Origin: an uncultured Collinsella sp.
Lineage (GTDB): Bacteria; Actinomycetota; Coriobacteriia; Coriobacteriales; Coriobacteriaceae
Assembly: GCA_958447445.1 (NCBI GenBank)
Contig: CAUDAE010000001.1
Span: forward strand, 6,385-70,384
Length of the DNA: 64,000 nucleotides
Reading direction: 5' to 3'
Positions 8,266-17,600 of this stretch are shown one piece after another; the first letter of the stretch is position 1, and the number at the start of each line of letters is the position of its first letter. Made by a program: the position numbers and the translations under genes. The notes beneath the pieces are model-generated. The model was given only the letters and a program-made list of their open reading frames with translations, had not been told where the DNA came from and did no database searches.

Positions 8266-11148
8266 ATGACGCTACTGTATTTCCTTACCCTGTTTCCGCT
8301 GGTACCGGCGCTGGGCATGCTGCTCGCGCGCGGTGACCGCGCCCGCGATGCGGTGGGACTCATAGGCTCCGGCATTATCATGGCGGTGACAGTTGTAGTC
8401 GCCGTGATGTTTTTTTGCACGGGTCCGCAGAGCTTTGAGATTGCCCCCGGTACCTCGCATGCGCTCTCGATCATCAGCTCCGTCATCGACGTAATTCTGT
8501 GCGCCGTCATCCTGTACAACGCGTACAAATATAAGAGCGTGCTTACCACGGTGCTCGGCATAGTCCAGCTGGTGGGCTCGCTCGTCTTTGCGGCCATGAC
8601 GCTGCCTGCGGCCGAAGCCGTCACGGCGATGCCGCTCTACCTAGACTACATGAGCGTGATCATGGTCCTCGCCGTCGGCATCGTCGGCAGCCTTATCTGT
8701 ATCTACGCTTTGGGCTACATGAAGGACTTCCAGGCCCATGATGAGCACGAGGCCGCGCTGCGCGGGCAGACCGCGCCCGACCGTCGTCCGCAGTTCCTGG
8801 CGCTTATGTTCCTGTTCCTCTCGGCCATGTTCGTCATCGTGACGAGCGACAACCTTGAGTGGCTGTTCTGCGGCTGGGAAATCACCACCGTGTGCTCGTT
8901 CCTTATGATTGGCTATACGCGCACGCCCGAGGCCATCAAGAACGCCTTTAACCAGATCATCCTCAACATGCTGGGCGGCATCGCGTTTTTGGCCGGACTC
9001 ATGTACCTGCACGTGAACGGCATGCCGCTGACCATCTCGGGTGTGATCGAGCTTTCCGGCGCCGGAACCGCGCAATCCGCGCTGCTGGTGATGCCGGTCA
9101 TTCTGCTGTCGCTCGCCGCACTCACCAAGGCCGCACAGATGCCGTTCCACACTTGGCTGCTTGGCGCCATGGTTGCCCCCACGCCCACGAGCGCCCTGCT
9201 GCACTCGTCCACCATGGTCAAAGCCGGCGTGTTCCTGATGGTCAAGCTGAGCCCGCTCTATGCCATCTATCCCGTGACCGGCTTTATGGTCACGAGCGTG
9301 GGTGCCATCACGTTTTTGCTCGCTGCCCTCATGGCCATCTCGCAGAGCAACGCCAAGCGCGTGCTCGCGTACTCCACCATTTCCAACTTGGGCCTCATCA
9401 GTGCCTGCCTGGGTGTCGGCGCGCCCGAGGCCGTATGGGCGGCCATCTTCCTGATCCTGTTCCACACGGTGGCCAAATCGCTGCTGTTCCTGTGCGTGGG
9501 CACGGCCGAGCATCATATCGGCAGCCGCAATATCGAGGACATGGACGGCATGTTCAGCCGCATGCCGCACCTGACGCGCCTGATGATGCTGGGCATCATG
9601 GGCATGTTTGTGGCGCCGTTTGGCATGCTCGTGTCCAAGTGGGGCGCCCTGGTGGCGTTTGCCCAGACCGGCAACGTGCTCATGATCATGGTGCTTGCCT
9701 TTGGCTCGGCCGCGACGTTTTACTTCTGGGGCAAGTGGCTTGCCAAGCTTTCGGGCGTCGACCCCACGGCTCAAAACGTTGAGGTCAATGTCCATAAGAC
9801 CGAATGGATGGCCCTCAACACCATCGCCGCGCTGCTGATTCTGTGCTGCGTGGCGTTTCCGGTTATCTCGAGCGGTCTGGTGTCGCCTTACTTGGCCATG
9901 GTGTTTGGCCGCGTGCCGTACGTTATCGGCAAGGACGCCATGTATCTGATGGTGGTTATCGTGGCGTTTATCGCCGTGGTGCTGCTGACTTCATTCCGCG
10001 TGAGCAACAAACCGCACGTAAACGTATATCTTTCGGGCGTGGGAACCGACAAATATCGCCATTTCCGCGGCTCGATGGGACATGAGGTGAAGGCCGAAAA
10101 GCGCAATTGGTACTCGGAGGACGCCCTTGGCGAGAAGCGTATTAGCCCCGTGGGTAGCGTCGTGTGCTGTAGCATTATCTTGTTTGCGCTGCTGTGTTGC
10201 GCGTGGATTGGGCCCGAGCGGCTTGCCATGAGCGCGCCCTCGGTGCTGCGCGGCAAGTATTTTGAAGGTTCGGGCGTCGTGGGCATCTTTATTGGTACCG
10301 TGGCGTTTGCCTTGATTGCGCCGCTTGTGGGCGGCCTGATCGACGGCGTTGACCGCAAACTGTCCGCCCGCATGCAGGGCCGCGTGGGCCCGCGCCTGCT
10401 GCAGCCCTTCTACGACGTTGCCAAGCTGCTGCGCAAGGCCCCCGCCAGCGTAAACACCATGGACGATACCTATATGGCGTGCGCGCTCATCTTTACCGTC
10501 GTGGGCGGCGGCATCTTTGTGTCGGGCTCCAACACGCTGCTGTGCGCTTTTATGGTGACGCTCGCCGCGATCTTTGTGGTGCTGGCGTCCGCCTCGACGC
10601 AAAGCCCGTTTGCCCAGGTCGGTGCCGACCGCGAGCTGCTGCAGGTCATGAGTTACGAGCCCGCCGTTCTGCTGATGAGCGTGGGCCTGTACCTTGCCAC
10701 CGACAGCTTCGATTCCATCGCCGTGACGGGGCAGTCGGCCCCCATCATCGTGTACAGCGCGCCCATTTTCCTCGCGCTGCTCGCGGTACTTACCATCAAG
10801 CTGCGCAAGTCGCCGTTCGATCTTTCGTACTCGCATCACGCGCATCAGGAGATCGTTCAGGGCGTCGCCACCGAGATGAGCGGCGGCACGCTGGCCAAGA
10901 TGACCCTTATGCACTGGTGCGAGACCGTGCTGTTTTTGATGTGGGTGGGCATGTTCTTTGTCTGGGACAACCCGGTGAGCTGGGTGGTCGCCCTGGTCGT
11001 GATGGCTGCGACGTATTTTGTCGAGGTCCTGATCGACAACACCTTCGCACGCAGCACCTGGCGCAGCTGCTTTAGGCTCGGATGGGGCGTGGCGCTGGTG
11101 TTTGGCCTGCTCAACCTTATGCCCATCCTCGTCGACGTGTTTATTTAG
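8266..11148 (+). CDS. echA: Ech hydrogenase membrane subunits, fused EchA (NuoL/MrpA-like) + EchB (NuoH-like)
   Basis: WEITTVCSFLMIGY, KAAQMPFHTWLLGAMVAPTPTSALLHSSTMVKAG (NuoL-like); DRKLSARMQGRVGP.LLQPFYD and KSPFD.SYSHHAHQE (NuoH-like) in one ORF. Confidence 0.88.
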   Translation: MTLLYFLTLFPLVPALGMLLARGDRARDAVGLIGSGIIMAVTVVVAVMFFCTGPQSFEIAPGTSHALSIISSVIDVILCAVILYNAYKYKSVLTTVLGIVQLVGSLVFAAMTLPAAEAVTAMPLYLDYMSVIMVLAVGIVGSLICIYALGYMKDFQAHDEHEAALRGQTAPDRRPQFLALMFLFLSAMFVIVTSDNLEWLFCGWEITTVCSFLMIGYTRTPEAIKNAFNQIILNMLGGIAFLAGLMYLHVNGMPLTISGVIELSGAGTAQSALLVMPVILLSLAALTKAAQMPFHTWLLGAMVAPTPTSALLHSSTMVKAGVFLMVKLSPLYAIYPVTGFMVTSVGAITFLLAALMAISQSNAKRVLAYSTISNLGLISACLGVGAPEAVWAAIFLILFHTVAKSLLFLCVGTAEHHIGSRNIEDMDGMFSRMPHLTRLMMLGIMGMFVAPFGMLVSKWGALVAFAQTGNVLMIMVLAFGSAATFYFWGKWLAKLSGVDPTAQNVEVNVHKTEWMALNTIAALLILCCVAFPVISSGLVSPYLAMVFGRVPYVIGKDAMYLMVVIVAFIAVVLLTSFRVSNKPHVNVYLSGVGTDKYRHFRGSMGHEVKAEKRNWYSEDALGEKRISPVGSVVCCSIILFALLCCAWIGPERLAMSAPSVLRGKYFEGSGVVGIFIGTVAFALIAPLVGGLIDGVDRKLSARMQGRVGPRLLQPFYDVAKLLRKAPASVNTMDDTYMACALIFTVVGGGIFVSGSNTLLCAFMVTLAAIFVVLASASTQSPFAQVGADRELLQVMSYEPAVLLMSVGLYLATDSFDSIAVTGQSAPIIVYSAPIFLALLAVLTIKLRKSPFDLSYSHHAHQEIVQGVATEMSGGTLAKMTLMHWCETVLFLMWVGMFFVWDNPVSWVVALVVMAATYFVEVLIDNTFARSTWRSCFRLGWGVALVFGLLNLMPILVDVFI

Positions 11149-11160
11149 GAGGCGGCATCC

Positions 11161-11748
11161 ATGGATCATAAAATGTCGCGCTCGCCGTGGGTTATTCATT
11201 ATGACGGCTCGAGCTGCAACGGATGCGATATCGAGGTGCTGGCCTCGCTCACGCCGCTGTTCGATGCGGAGCGCTTTGGCGTGGTCAACACCGGCAACCC
11301 CAAGCATGCGGATATCTTTTTGGTGACGGGGTCGGTCAATGCCCAGAACCTGCCCGTCGTGCGCCAGATCTACAACCAGATGCTCGAGCCCAAGTGCGTG
11401 GTGGCCTGCGGTATCTGCGCGTGTTCGGGTGGCGTGTTCCGCGATGCCTACAACGTGATCGGCGGCGTGGACCGCGCGATTCCCGTGGACGTGTACGCGC
11501 CCGGGTGCGCCATTCGTCCCGAGACCGTGATCGATGCCATTGTGGAGGCGTGCGGCATCCTTGATCAGAAGGAGGCCGTGATGCGCGCCGGCGGTGACCC
11601 GCTTACCGTGGGCGGCGCTGCTACCTGGGATGGCGGCGTCGAGTTGGGCGAGGACGGGTTCGTGGCTGCGGGGGCCGGGGCTGACGATGCGCCTGCTGGG
11701 ACGTCCGCGGCCGGCGACGCGCCCGCCGCTGCAAAGGAGGGCGAGTAA
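11161..11748 (+). CDS. echC: Ech hydrogenase small subunit (NuoB-like)
   Basis: SCNGCDIE, NPKHAD, GICACSGG, PVDVYAPGC. Confidence 0.9.
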   Translation: MDHKMSRSPWVIHYDGSSCNGCDIEVLASLTPLFDAERFGVVNTGNPKHADIFLVTGSVNAQNLPVVRQIYNQMLEPKCVVACGICACSGGVFRDAYNVIGGVDRAIPVDVYAPGCAIRPETVIDAIVEACGILDQKEAVMRAGGDPLTVGGAATWDGGVELGEDGFVAAGAGADDAPAGTSAAGDAPAAAKEGE

Positions 11749-12467
11749 TGCAAAAGGCTATCTATACCACCGTCGGGATTGACGAGCTCCTGTCGCATGT
11801 CCAGGCGCTCAAGGGCGTCGGCGCGCGCTTTGTGCAAATGCACGCCGAGCGCAACGTCGACGACGGCATGTATCGCCTGGTCTATACGTTTATCAACGTT
11901 CGTGCTGCTCAGGAGCAGATTGCGCAGGACGGCAGCTATGCGATCGAGAACCTGGTGGTTGAGGGAATTAATCAGTACCAGGAGATTCCGTCCATCAGCT
12001 CGTACTATCCGGCAGTATTCCCGTTTGAAAACGAAGCGCACGACCTGTTTGGTCTTGCCATCACCGATATGCAGATTGACTTTAAGGGCTTTTTCTACCA
12101 GGTCTCGACTGCCGAGCCCATGAGCGTTATCACGCCCGAGGTGAAGGCCGCGCGCGAGAAAGCCATGAAGGTCCGTGCCGCTGCCGAGGCCAAGGCGCGC
12201 AAGGCCGCGGCCGAGAAGGCTGCTACTGCCACGGCCGCTGCGGGGGAGGGCACTGCGGGCGCTGGCGATGCTGCGGGCGCTGCCGTCGCTCAGCCCGCTG
12301 CGGCTGCCGGCTCCGATGCTCAGCACGATGAAACTGCTGCGAAGGCCGCGCTCAAGGCTGCCGAGATGGAGGCAAAGCTCGCCGCCATGGATCCCGAGAA
12401 AGCGGCCAAGGTCCGCGCGGCGCTTGCCGCCAAGGCCGCCCGCGACAAGCAGAAAAAGGAGGCGTAA
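11748..12467 (+). CDS. echD: Ech hydrogenase subunit D (NuoC-like) with an Ala/Lys-rich tail
   Basis: IPSISSYYPAVFPFENEAHDLFG; operon position. Confidence 0.82.
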   Translation: MQKAIYTTVGIDELLSHVQALKGVGARFVQMHAERNVDDGMYRLVYTFINVRAAQEQIAQDGSYAIENLVVEGINQYQEIPSISSYYPAVFPFENEAHDLFGLAITDMQIDFKGFFYQVSTAEPMSVITPEVKAAREKAMKVRAAAEAKARKAAAEKAATATAAAGEGTAGAGDAAGAAVAQPAAAAGSDAQHDETAAKAALKAAEMEAKLAAMDPEKAAKVRAALAAKAARDKQKKEA

Positions 12468-12472
12468 GGTCC

Positions 12473-13561
12473 ATGGCACATCGCTCCGTTATTCCGTTTG
12501 GCCCGCAGCACCCGGTGCTGCCCGAGCCGCTTCATCTGGACCTGGTGATCGAGGACGACCGCGTCATCGAGGCAATTCCGCAGATCGGCTTTGTGCACCG
12601 CGGGCTCGAGAAGCTCACCGAAAAGCGTGATATGCACCAGTTTGGCTACATCGCCGAGCGCATCTGCGGCATCTGCGCCGTGGGCCACAGCTGCGGCTAT
12701 GCCAGCGCCTGCGAGCGCATGCTCGAAATCGAGGTGCCCGACCGCGTGCAGTATATCCGCGCCATTTTGCACGAGCTTTCGCGCATTCACTCGCATCTGC
12801 TGTGGCTGGGCCTGCTCGCCGATGCCTTTGGCTTCGAGGCGCTGTTCTATCGTTCGTGGACGCTGCGCGAGCAGATTCTCAAGATCTTCGAGAGCACCTG
12901 CGGCGGGCGCGTGATTCTGTCGATTAACGAGATCGGCGGCCTTAAGCACGATATCGAGGACTCCGAGCTGGCGGGCATTGTCCAGACGCTCGATGCCATG
13001 CGTCCTGACTACGAGGCCCTGGTGCATACGTTTTTGGACGACAACAGCTGCGGCGAGCGCCTGCATGGCGTGGGCATGATTAGCAAGAAAGACGCGCTGG
13101 AGCTTTCGATGGTCGGTCCGTTTGGGCGCCCACCGGGCGTGGATTACGACGTGCGCCTGTTTGGCGACGGTGCCTATGCGGATCTGGCTGCGTTTGAGCC
13201 CATCGTTGCTACCGATGGCGATTGCTATGCCCGCTGCCAGGTGCGCTGTGCCGAGGTCACGCAGGCCATGGACATCATTAAGGAGCTTGTGGGCAAGATT
13301 CCGCACGACGGGATAGGCGGGCGCACCAAGCTTACACCGGCCGACGGCGCACGCGGCGAGGTTGTGATTGAGCAGCCGCGCGGCGAGGCGTATTACTATG
13401 TGCGCGGTAACGGCACCAAGAACCTGGACCGCTTCCGCGTGCGCACGCCGACGTCGCAGAACCTGGCGGGTCTGACACATGCGCTGCAGGGCGTGCTCCT
13501 TGCCAACGTGCCCATGATTATCCTGACCATCGACCCCTGCATTAGCTGCACGGAAAGGTAG
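12473..13561 (+). CDS. echE: [NiFe] hydrogenase large subunit, Ech/group 4 type
   Basis: GPQHP, HRGLEK, L1 motif ERICGIC, L2 motif DPCISCTER at the very C-terminus. Confidence 0.93.
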   Translation: MAHRSVIPFGPQHPVLPEPLHLDLVIEDDRVIEAIPQIGFVHRGLEKLTEKRDMHQFGYIAERICGICAVGHSCGYASACERMLEIEVPDRVQYIRAILHELSRIHSHLLWLGLLADAFGFEALFYRSWTLREQILKIFESTCGGRVILSINEIGGLKHDIEDSELAGIVQTLDAMRPDYEALVHTFLDDNSCGERLHGVGMISKKDALELSMVGPFGRPPGVDYDVRLFGDGAYADLAAFEPIVATDGDCYARCQVRCAEVTQAMDIIKELVGKIPHDGIGGRTKLTPADGARGEVVIEQPRGEAYYYVRGNGTKNLDRFRVRTPTSQNLAGLTHALQGVLLANVPMIILTIDPCISCTER

Positions 13562-13568
13562 GCGCGGC

Positions 13569-13910
13569 ATGAGTTTACTGACATTTGCCAAGACGGCCTT
13601 AGGTTCTATGGTCAAGCAGCCGGTCACGGTGCGCTATCCGCAGGAGAAGCTGACGGCACCCGAGCGCTTGCGCGGGCATATCGTCAACGACATGGACGTG
13701 TGCATCTGCTGCGGCATGTGCGCGCGCCGCTGCCCGGCGGGCGCGCTTGCGGTCGATCGCAAGGGCGGAACGTGGTCGATCGACCCGTATGCCTGCGTGG
13801 TGTGCGGTGAGTGCATCGAGAGCTGCCCCAAACACTGCCTGACTATGGACACCGCCCGTACCCCGGTTGCGGCGGACAAGACTCTCACGATAGAAACCAA
13901 GCCGGCATAG
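13569..13910 (+). CDS. echF: Ech hydrogenase 2x[4Fe-4S] subunit (NuoI-like)
   Basis: TVRYP, CICCGMCARRCP, CVVCGECIESCP. Confidence 0.9.
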   Translation: MSLLTFAKTALGSMVKQPVTVRYPQEKLTAPERLRGHIVNDMDVCICCGMCARRCPAGALAVDRKGGTWSIDPYACVVCGECIESCPKHCLTMDTARTPVAADKTLTIETKPA

Positions 13911-13920
13911 CGCTGGAATA

Positions 13921-13954
13921 GGGGCCGGTGGGGCAAAAATGCCCCACCGGCCCC
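13921..13954. terminator. Strong GC hairpin after the ech operon
   Basis: GGGGCCGGTGGGGCA-AAAA-TGCCCCACCGGCCCC perfect stem; no long U tract. Confidence 0.55.
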
Positions 13955-13984
13955 GCGCTTAATGCGCGGTGGAGCCGCCGCGAA

Positions 13985-14443
13985 CAAAACTATGCCGGAT
14001 TACGGGGCTGGATAGCGAACCTCCGACCATATAGAAAACCGCAAAAACAAAACCGCAGGTAGATAGCCTGCCGTTTTCCAAAAAATGAAGGTATGGATGA
14101 GGGTCCCGACTTTAGCCCCGTAATCCGGCATAGTTTTGAAATAGCACCATATCCGTAGAAGCCCTTGATCTCCCGTGGACAGAGGGAAACGGATCATTTT
14201 TGCCTTGCGAGGGCTGCCGCGTGACCCGTCTGCCACGAAATGGGCCTATCTACTACGTTTAGGCGGCAGCCCTCGACCACGTCAAGTAATGCGAAATGAA
14301 AACCGCAGGTAGAACGCTTGCAGTTTTTCATGAAAAGCGGCTATGGTCGGGGGTATCGAGTCAAACGTAGTAGATGGCCCGATTTCGTGGCGAGCGTTAC
14401 CAACTGATTCCCCGGGGACGGAGGAAAACGGATCATTTTTGCC
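13985..14443. repeat. Composite hairpin-repeat cluster, left of the adhesin: A (13985-14138), C (14166-14204), B (14232-14391), C (14405-14443)
   Basis: A has a perfect 25-bp terminal inverted repeat CAAAACTATGCCGGATTACGGGGCT; B arms GCCACGAAA...ATCTACTACGTTT; both carry AAAACCGCAGGTAGA; C = TGAT..GGAC.GAGG.AAACGGATCATTTT. Confidence 0.9.
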
Positions 14444-14485
14444 TGATGGCTCCGAGTCGCACCCGTTTTCCTGCGAAAACTCTCG

Positions 14486-14599
14486 TGTCTCATCTTTGGT
14501 GAGACATTTGTCTCACGCCCAAAACAGAATCTGGAACATGTGTCACCTGCCCTAATTGTGTCTCATTTTGTAACTTTAGGCTGTTGCAAGGTCTGAGAC
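14486..14599. promoter_or_regulatory. Cluster of TGTCTCA/TGAGACA half-sites, including the palindrome GTGAGACA-TT-TGTCTCAC (14499-14516), upstream of the adhesin
   Basis: Motif at 14486, 14500 (reverse), 14509, 14559; variants at 14539 and 14594. Confidence 0.6.
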
Positions 14600-14622
14600 C
14601 GGATCGCGAGAAGGGAGACGCG

Positions 14623-17600
14623 ATGAGTAAGTACACGAGGGGTCTCTTGGCGGTGATACTTGCCGTAGTGCTGGTGTTGCCGGCTGCAGCATTTGCCATG
14701 CTGCCCGAGGCCAACGCCAGGTCCAGCACCGGAATGGACGGACCGACAATGAGCGGAAAGGTCGTCGTCGATCCCGACACCAGCGGACGCTGGGAAATCT
14801 GGGCGGCCGGTCACAACGGTAATAAAGTAACGACTCAAAACATCGGCCGAATCTGGACCGACAAGACGGTCGAGGCAACTGAGGAAAACGAAGAGTCGGA
14901 TTTTCTGACCACGCTTTCGGCCATGTCCTCGACGTCTAATTCAACCGTGACGGTTACTACGCCGCTCGACATCGTGATGGTGCTGGATGCATCTGGCTCG
15001 ATGGATGATCCTATGGGTGGCGGAGATCGCACTAAGCGTATCGATGCACTGAAGAACGCTGCGAACAGCTTTATCGATACCATCGCCAAACAAAACGAGA
15101 GTATCGAGGGTGTCGATAGGCAACATAGGGTTGCCATTGTTAAGTTTGCGGGCGAGAAGTCCAACAATATCGGCAACAATATGTATCGCGACGGAGGGTA
15201 CTCCTACAATTACACCCAGGTTATGAAAGAATTGACCTACTGTTCCGGCAGCAATGCGGATGATCTCAAGAAGAATACAATTAATAAAATTCAGCCTGCC
15301 GGCGCCACGCGCGCCGACTATGGCCTAGAGCTGGCCGAGAAAATCACTACCACTTATGGCCGCAAAGATGCCAAGAAGATTATTGTGTTCTTTACCGACG
15401 GTACGCCAACAAAGCAAAATAAATTCGATGCGGGTGTCGCCAACGCTGCCGTGACAGCTGCTAAGAATATGAAGGACGGCAAGGCCACCGTTTATACCAT
15501 CGGCATCTTTGATGGCGCGAACCCCAAAGCCAGTGTCCAAGATTCGAAGACAAGCCAAGAGAACAAGTTCATGCAGGCCGTTTCAAGCAACTACCCCAAT
15601 GCCACGGCATGGGATACTCATGGCACACGCGCGGAAAACTCCGACTACTACAAGTCGGCGACCAACGTCGTAGAGCTCAAGAAGGTCTTCGACGACATCT
15701 CACAGGCCATCACATCGGAGGCGCCTTATCCGACCGAAATTGATAAGGGCTACGACGCGACCAAGTCCGGCTACATCACGTTTACCGACGAGCTGGGCGA
15801 CTTTATGCAGGTCGACAGCTTCACCGAGGTCGTCATCAACGGCACGCCGTTTACCAAGGCGAGCAAGACGGTCAACAAAGAGACCAATACCGACACCTAC
15901 GAGTTTGCCGGCAAGGCAAAAGACCTGCTCATTACCGTGCAGCGTGCTGGTGATGACAATCCCCAGAAGGGCGATGTCGTAACGGTCAGCATACCTGCGT
16001 CGTTGATTCCGCTGAGCCACTTTAAGACCGTAGACGGCAAGCTTTCGGTCGACAGCGCTCAGCCTATCCGCGTGAAGTACACCTCGAGCGTGAAGAGCGC
16101 CGCACTTGACAACCTGTTTACGCCCGAGAAGGTAACGGGGCTCAAGGATTACATCGAGAACAATACGACCGTTGCCAACGGCGCCAAGACCGTGAGTTTC
16201 TACGCGAACAAGTGGGCTGCCGGCAATCTGGGCAATACGGTTGCGACCTTTGAGCCGGCCGACACCAACCGCTACTACTACTTCCAGAAACAGACCCCTA
16301 TTTACACGGACAAGGACTGCACGCAGCCTGCAAAGAATTCGCTGGCAGATACCGGCACCTATTACTACAAGGATGAGTTTGAGGAGCAGGGCGAAAACGG
16401 CGAGGCCAAGCCCGCCTCTGCCGTCATCGAGTTTATCGGCGGCGACGCTGCGAAGTTTGACGGCGCTATTGTTGCTGACGAGGACGGCAACCTTTCGTTT
16501 AGCGTGGGAACCGCGCGCCTAGCCTTTATCGACGAGCTCCACACCACCAAGGAGAGTGTGGGCGGCAACAACACTGGTACCGCGACCGACGTTCTTAATC
16601 CCAAGTGGAACAACGTGTCCGCCAAGGCGACCGCGACGCATGTCAATTCCTACCTGGGCAACAACGGCAAGATCAGCTTTGCGTATGACATGACGCCGGC
16701 AATGGTGAACACCAAGGCCAGCTTTGGCCTGACCAAGGTGCTCAAGGGTCGCGACTGGACGAATGCTGACGCGTTTGAGTTTGGCCTGACATCCGAGAGC
16801 GGCGCCCCGATGCCTGCGGCTAGGACTGCGACCGTGCGCAAGGCTGACCTGGACCAGGGCAAGGCCGCCATCGACTTCGGCACGATCGAATACACCGAAC
16901 CTGGCACGTACGTCTACAAAGTCAGTGACAAGCATGCCGGGACCACGATTGACGGCATCGCCTACAGCAAGAACGTCGCGGAGATCACCGTGACGGTAAC
17001 GCCCGACAAGAAGGGCGAGCTGAGCGCTGGCGTGAAGGTGACCTCGGGCGAGACCGAGTTCAAGAACGTTTACGCCACGAATCCTGTTGAGTCCAGCGTC
17101 ACCGACCAGATTACCGTGACCAAGTCTCTGACCGGGCGTGACCTTACGGCCGACGAGTTCAGCTTTGAGCTGCTCGAAATCATTGACAAGGAAGTTAAGC
17201 CTGTCGAGACCGTTAAGAACGCCGCCGACGGCAAGGTGACGTTCAGTGCCATCAAGTACACCGAGATCGGCCAGCACACCTACAAGCTGCATGAGGTTAA
17301 GGGCAACGCCGGCGGTATTGACTACGATGACGCGGTCTACACCATCGTGACGACCATCGCCGATAACGGCAAGGGCCAGCTGGTTGCCACGCACGAGCTG
17401 AAGGACGCCAAGGACGTCAAGAGCATCGAGTTCAAGAACGCCTACACCACGAATGCTACCGAGGCATCGCTTGCGGGTATCAAGAATCTGCAGGTTGACG
17501 ACGCTCTGACCCCGGCTGATATCACCGGCAAGTTCACCTTTACCGTGACCGGTGAAGAGGGCGCGCCTATGCCTGCGAGCACGAGCGTGCACAACGACGT

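Noticed and set aside
8266..13910. Respiratory complex I (nuo) operon
   Set aside because: Large subunit keeps both CxxC nickel-binding motifs, and the subunit set matches Ech
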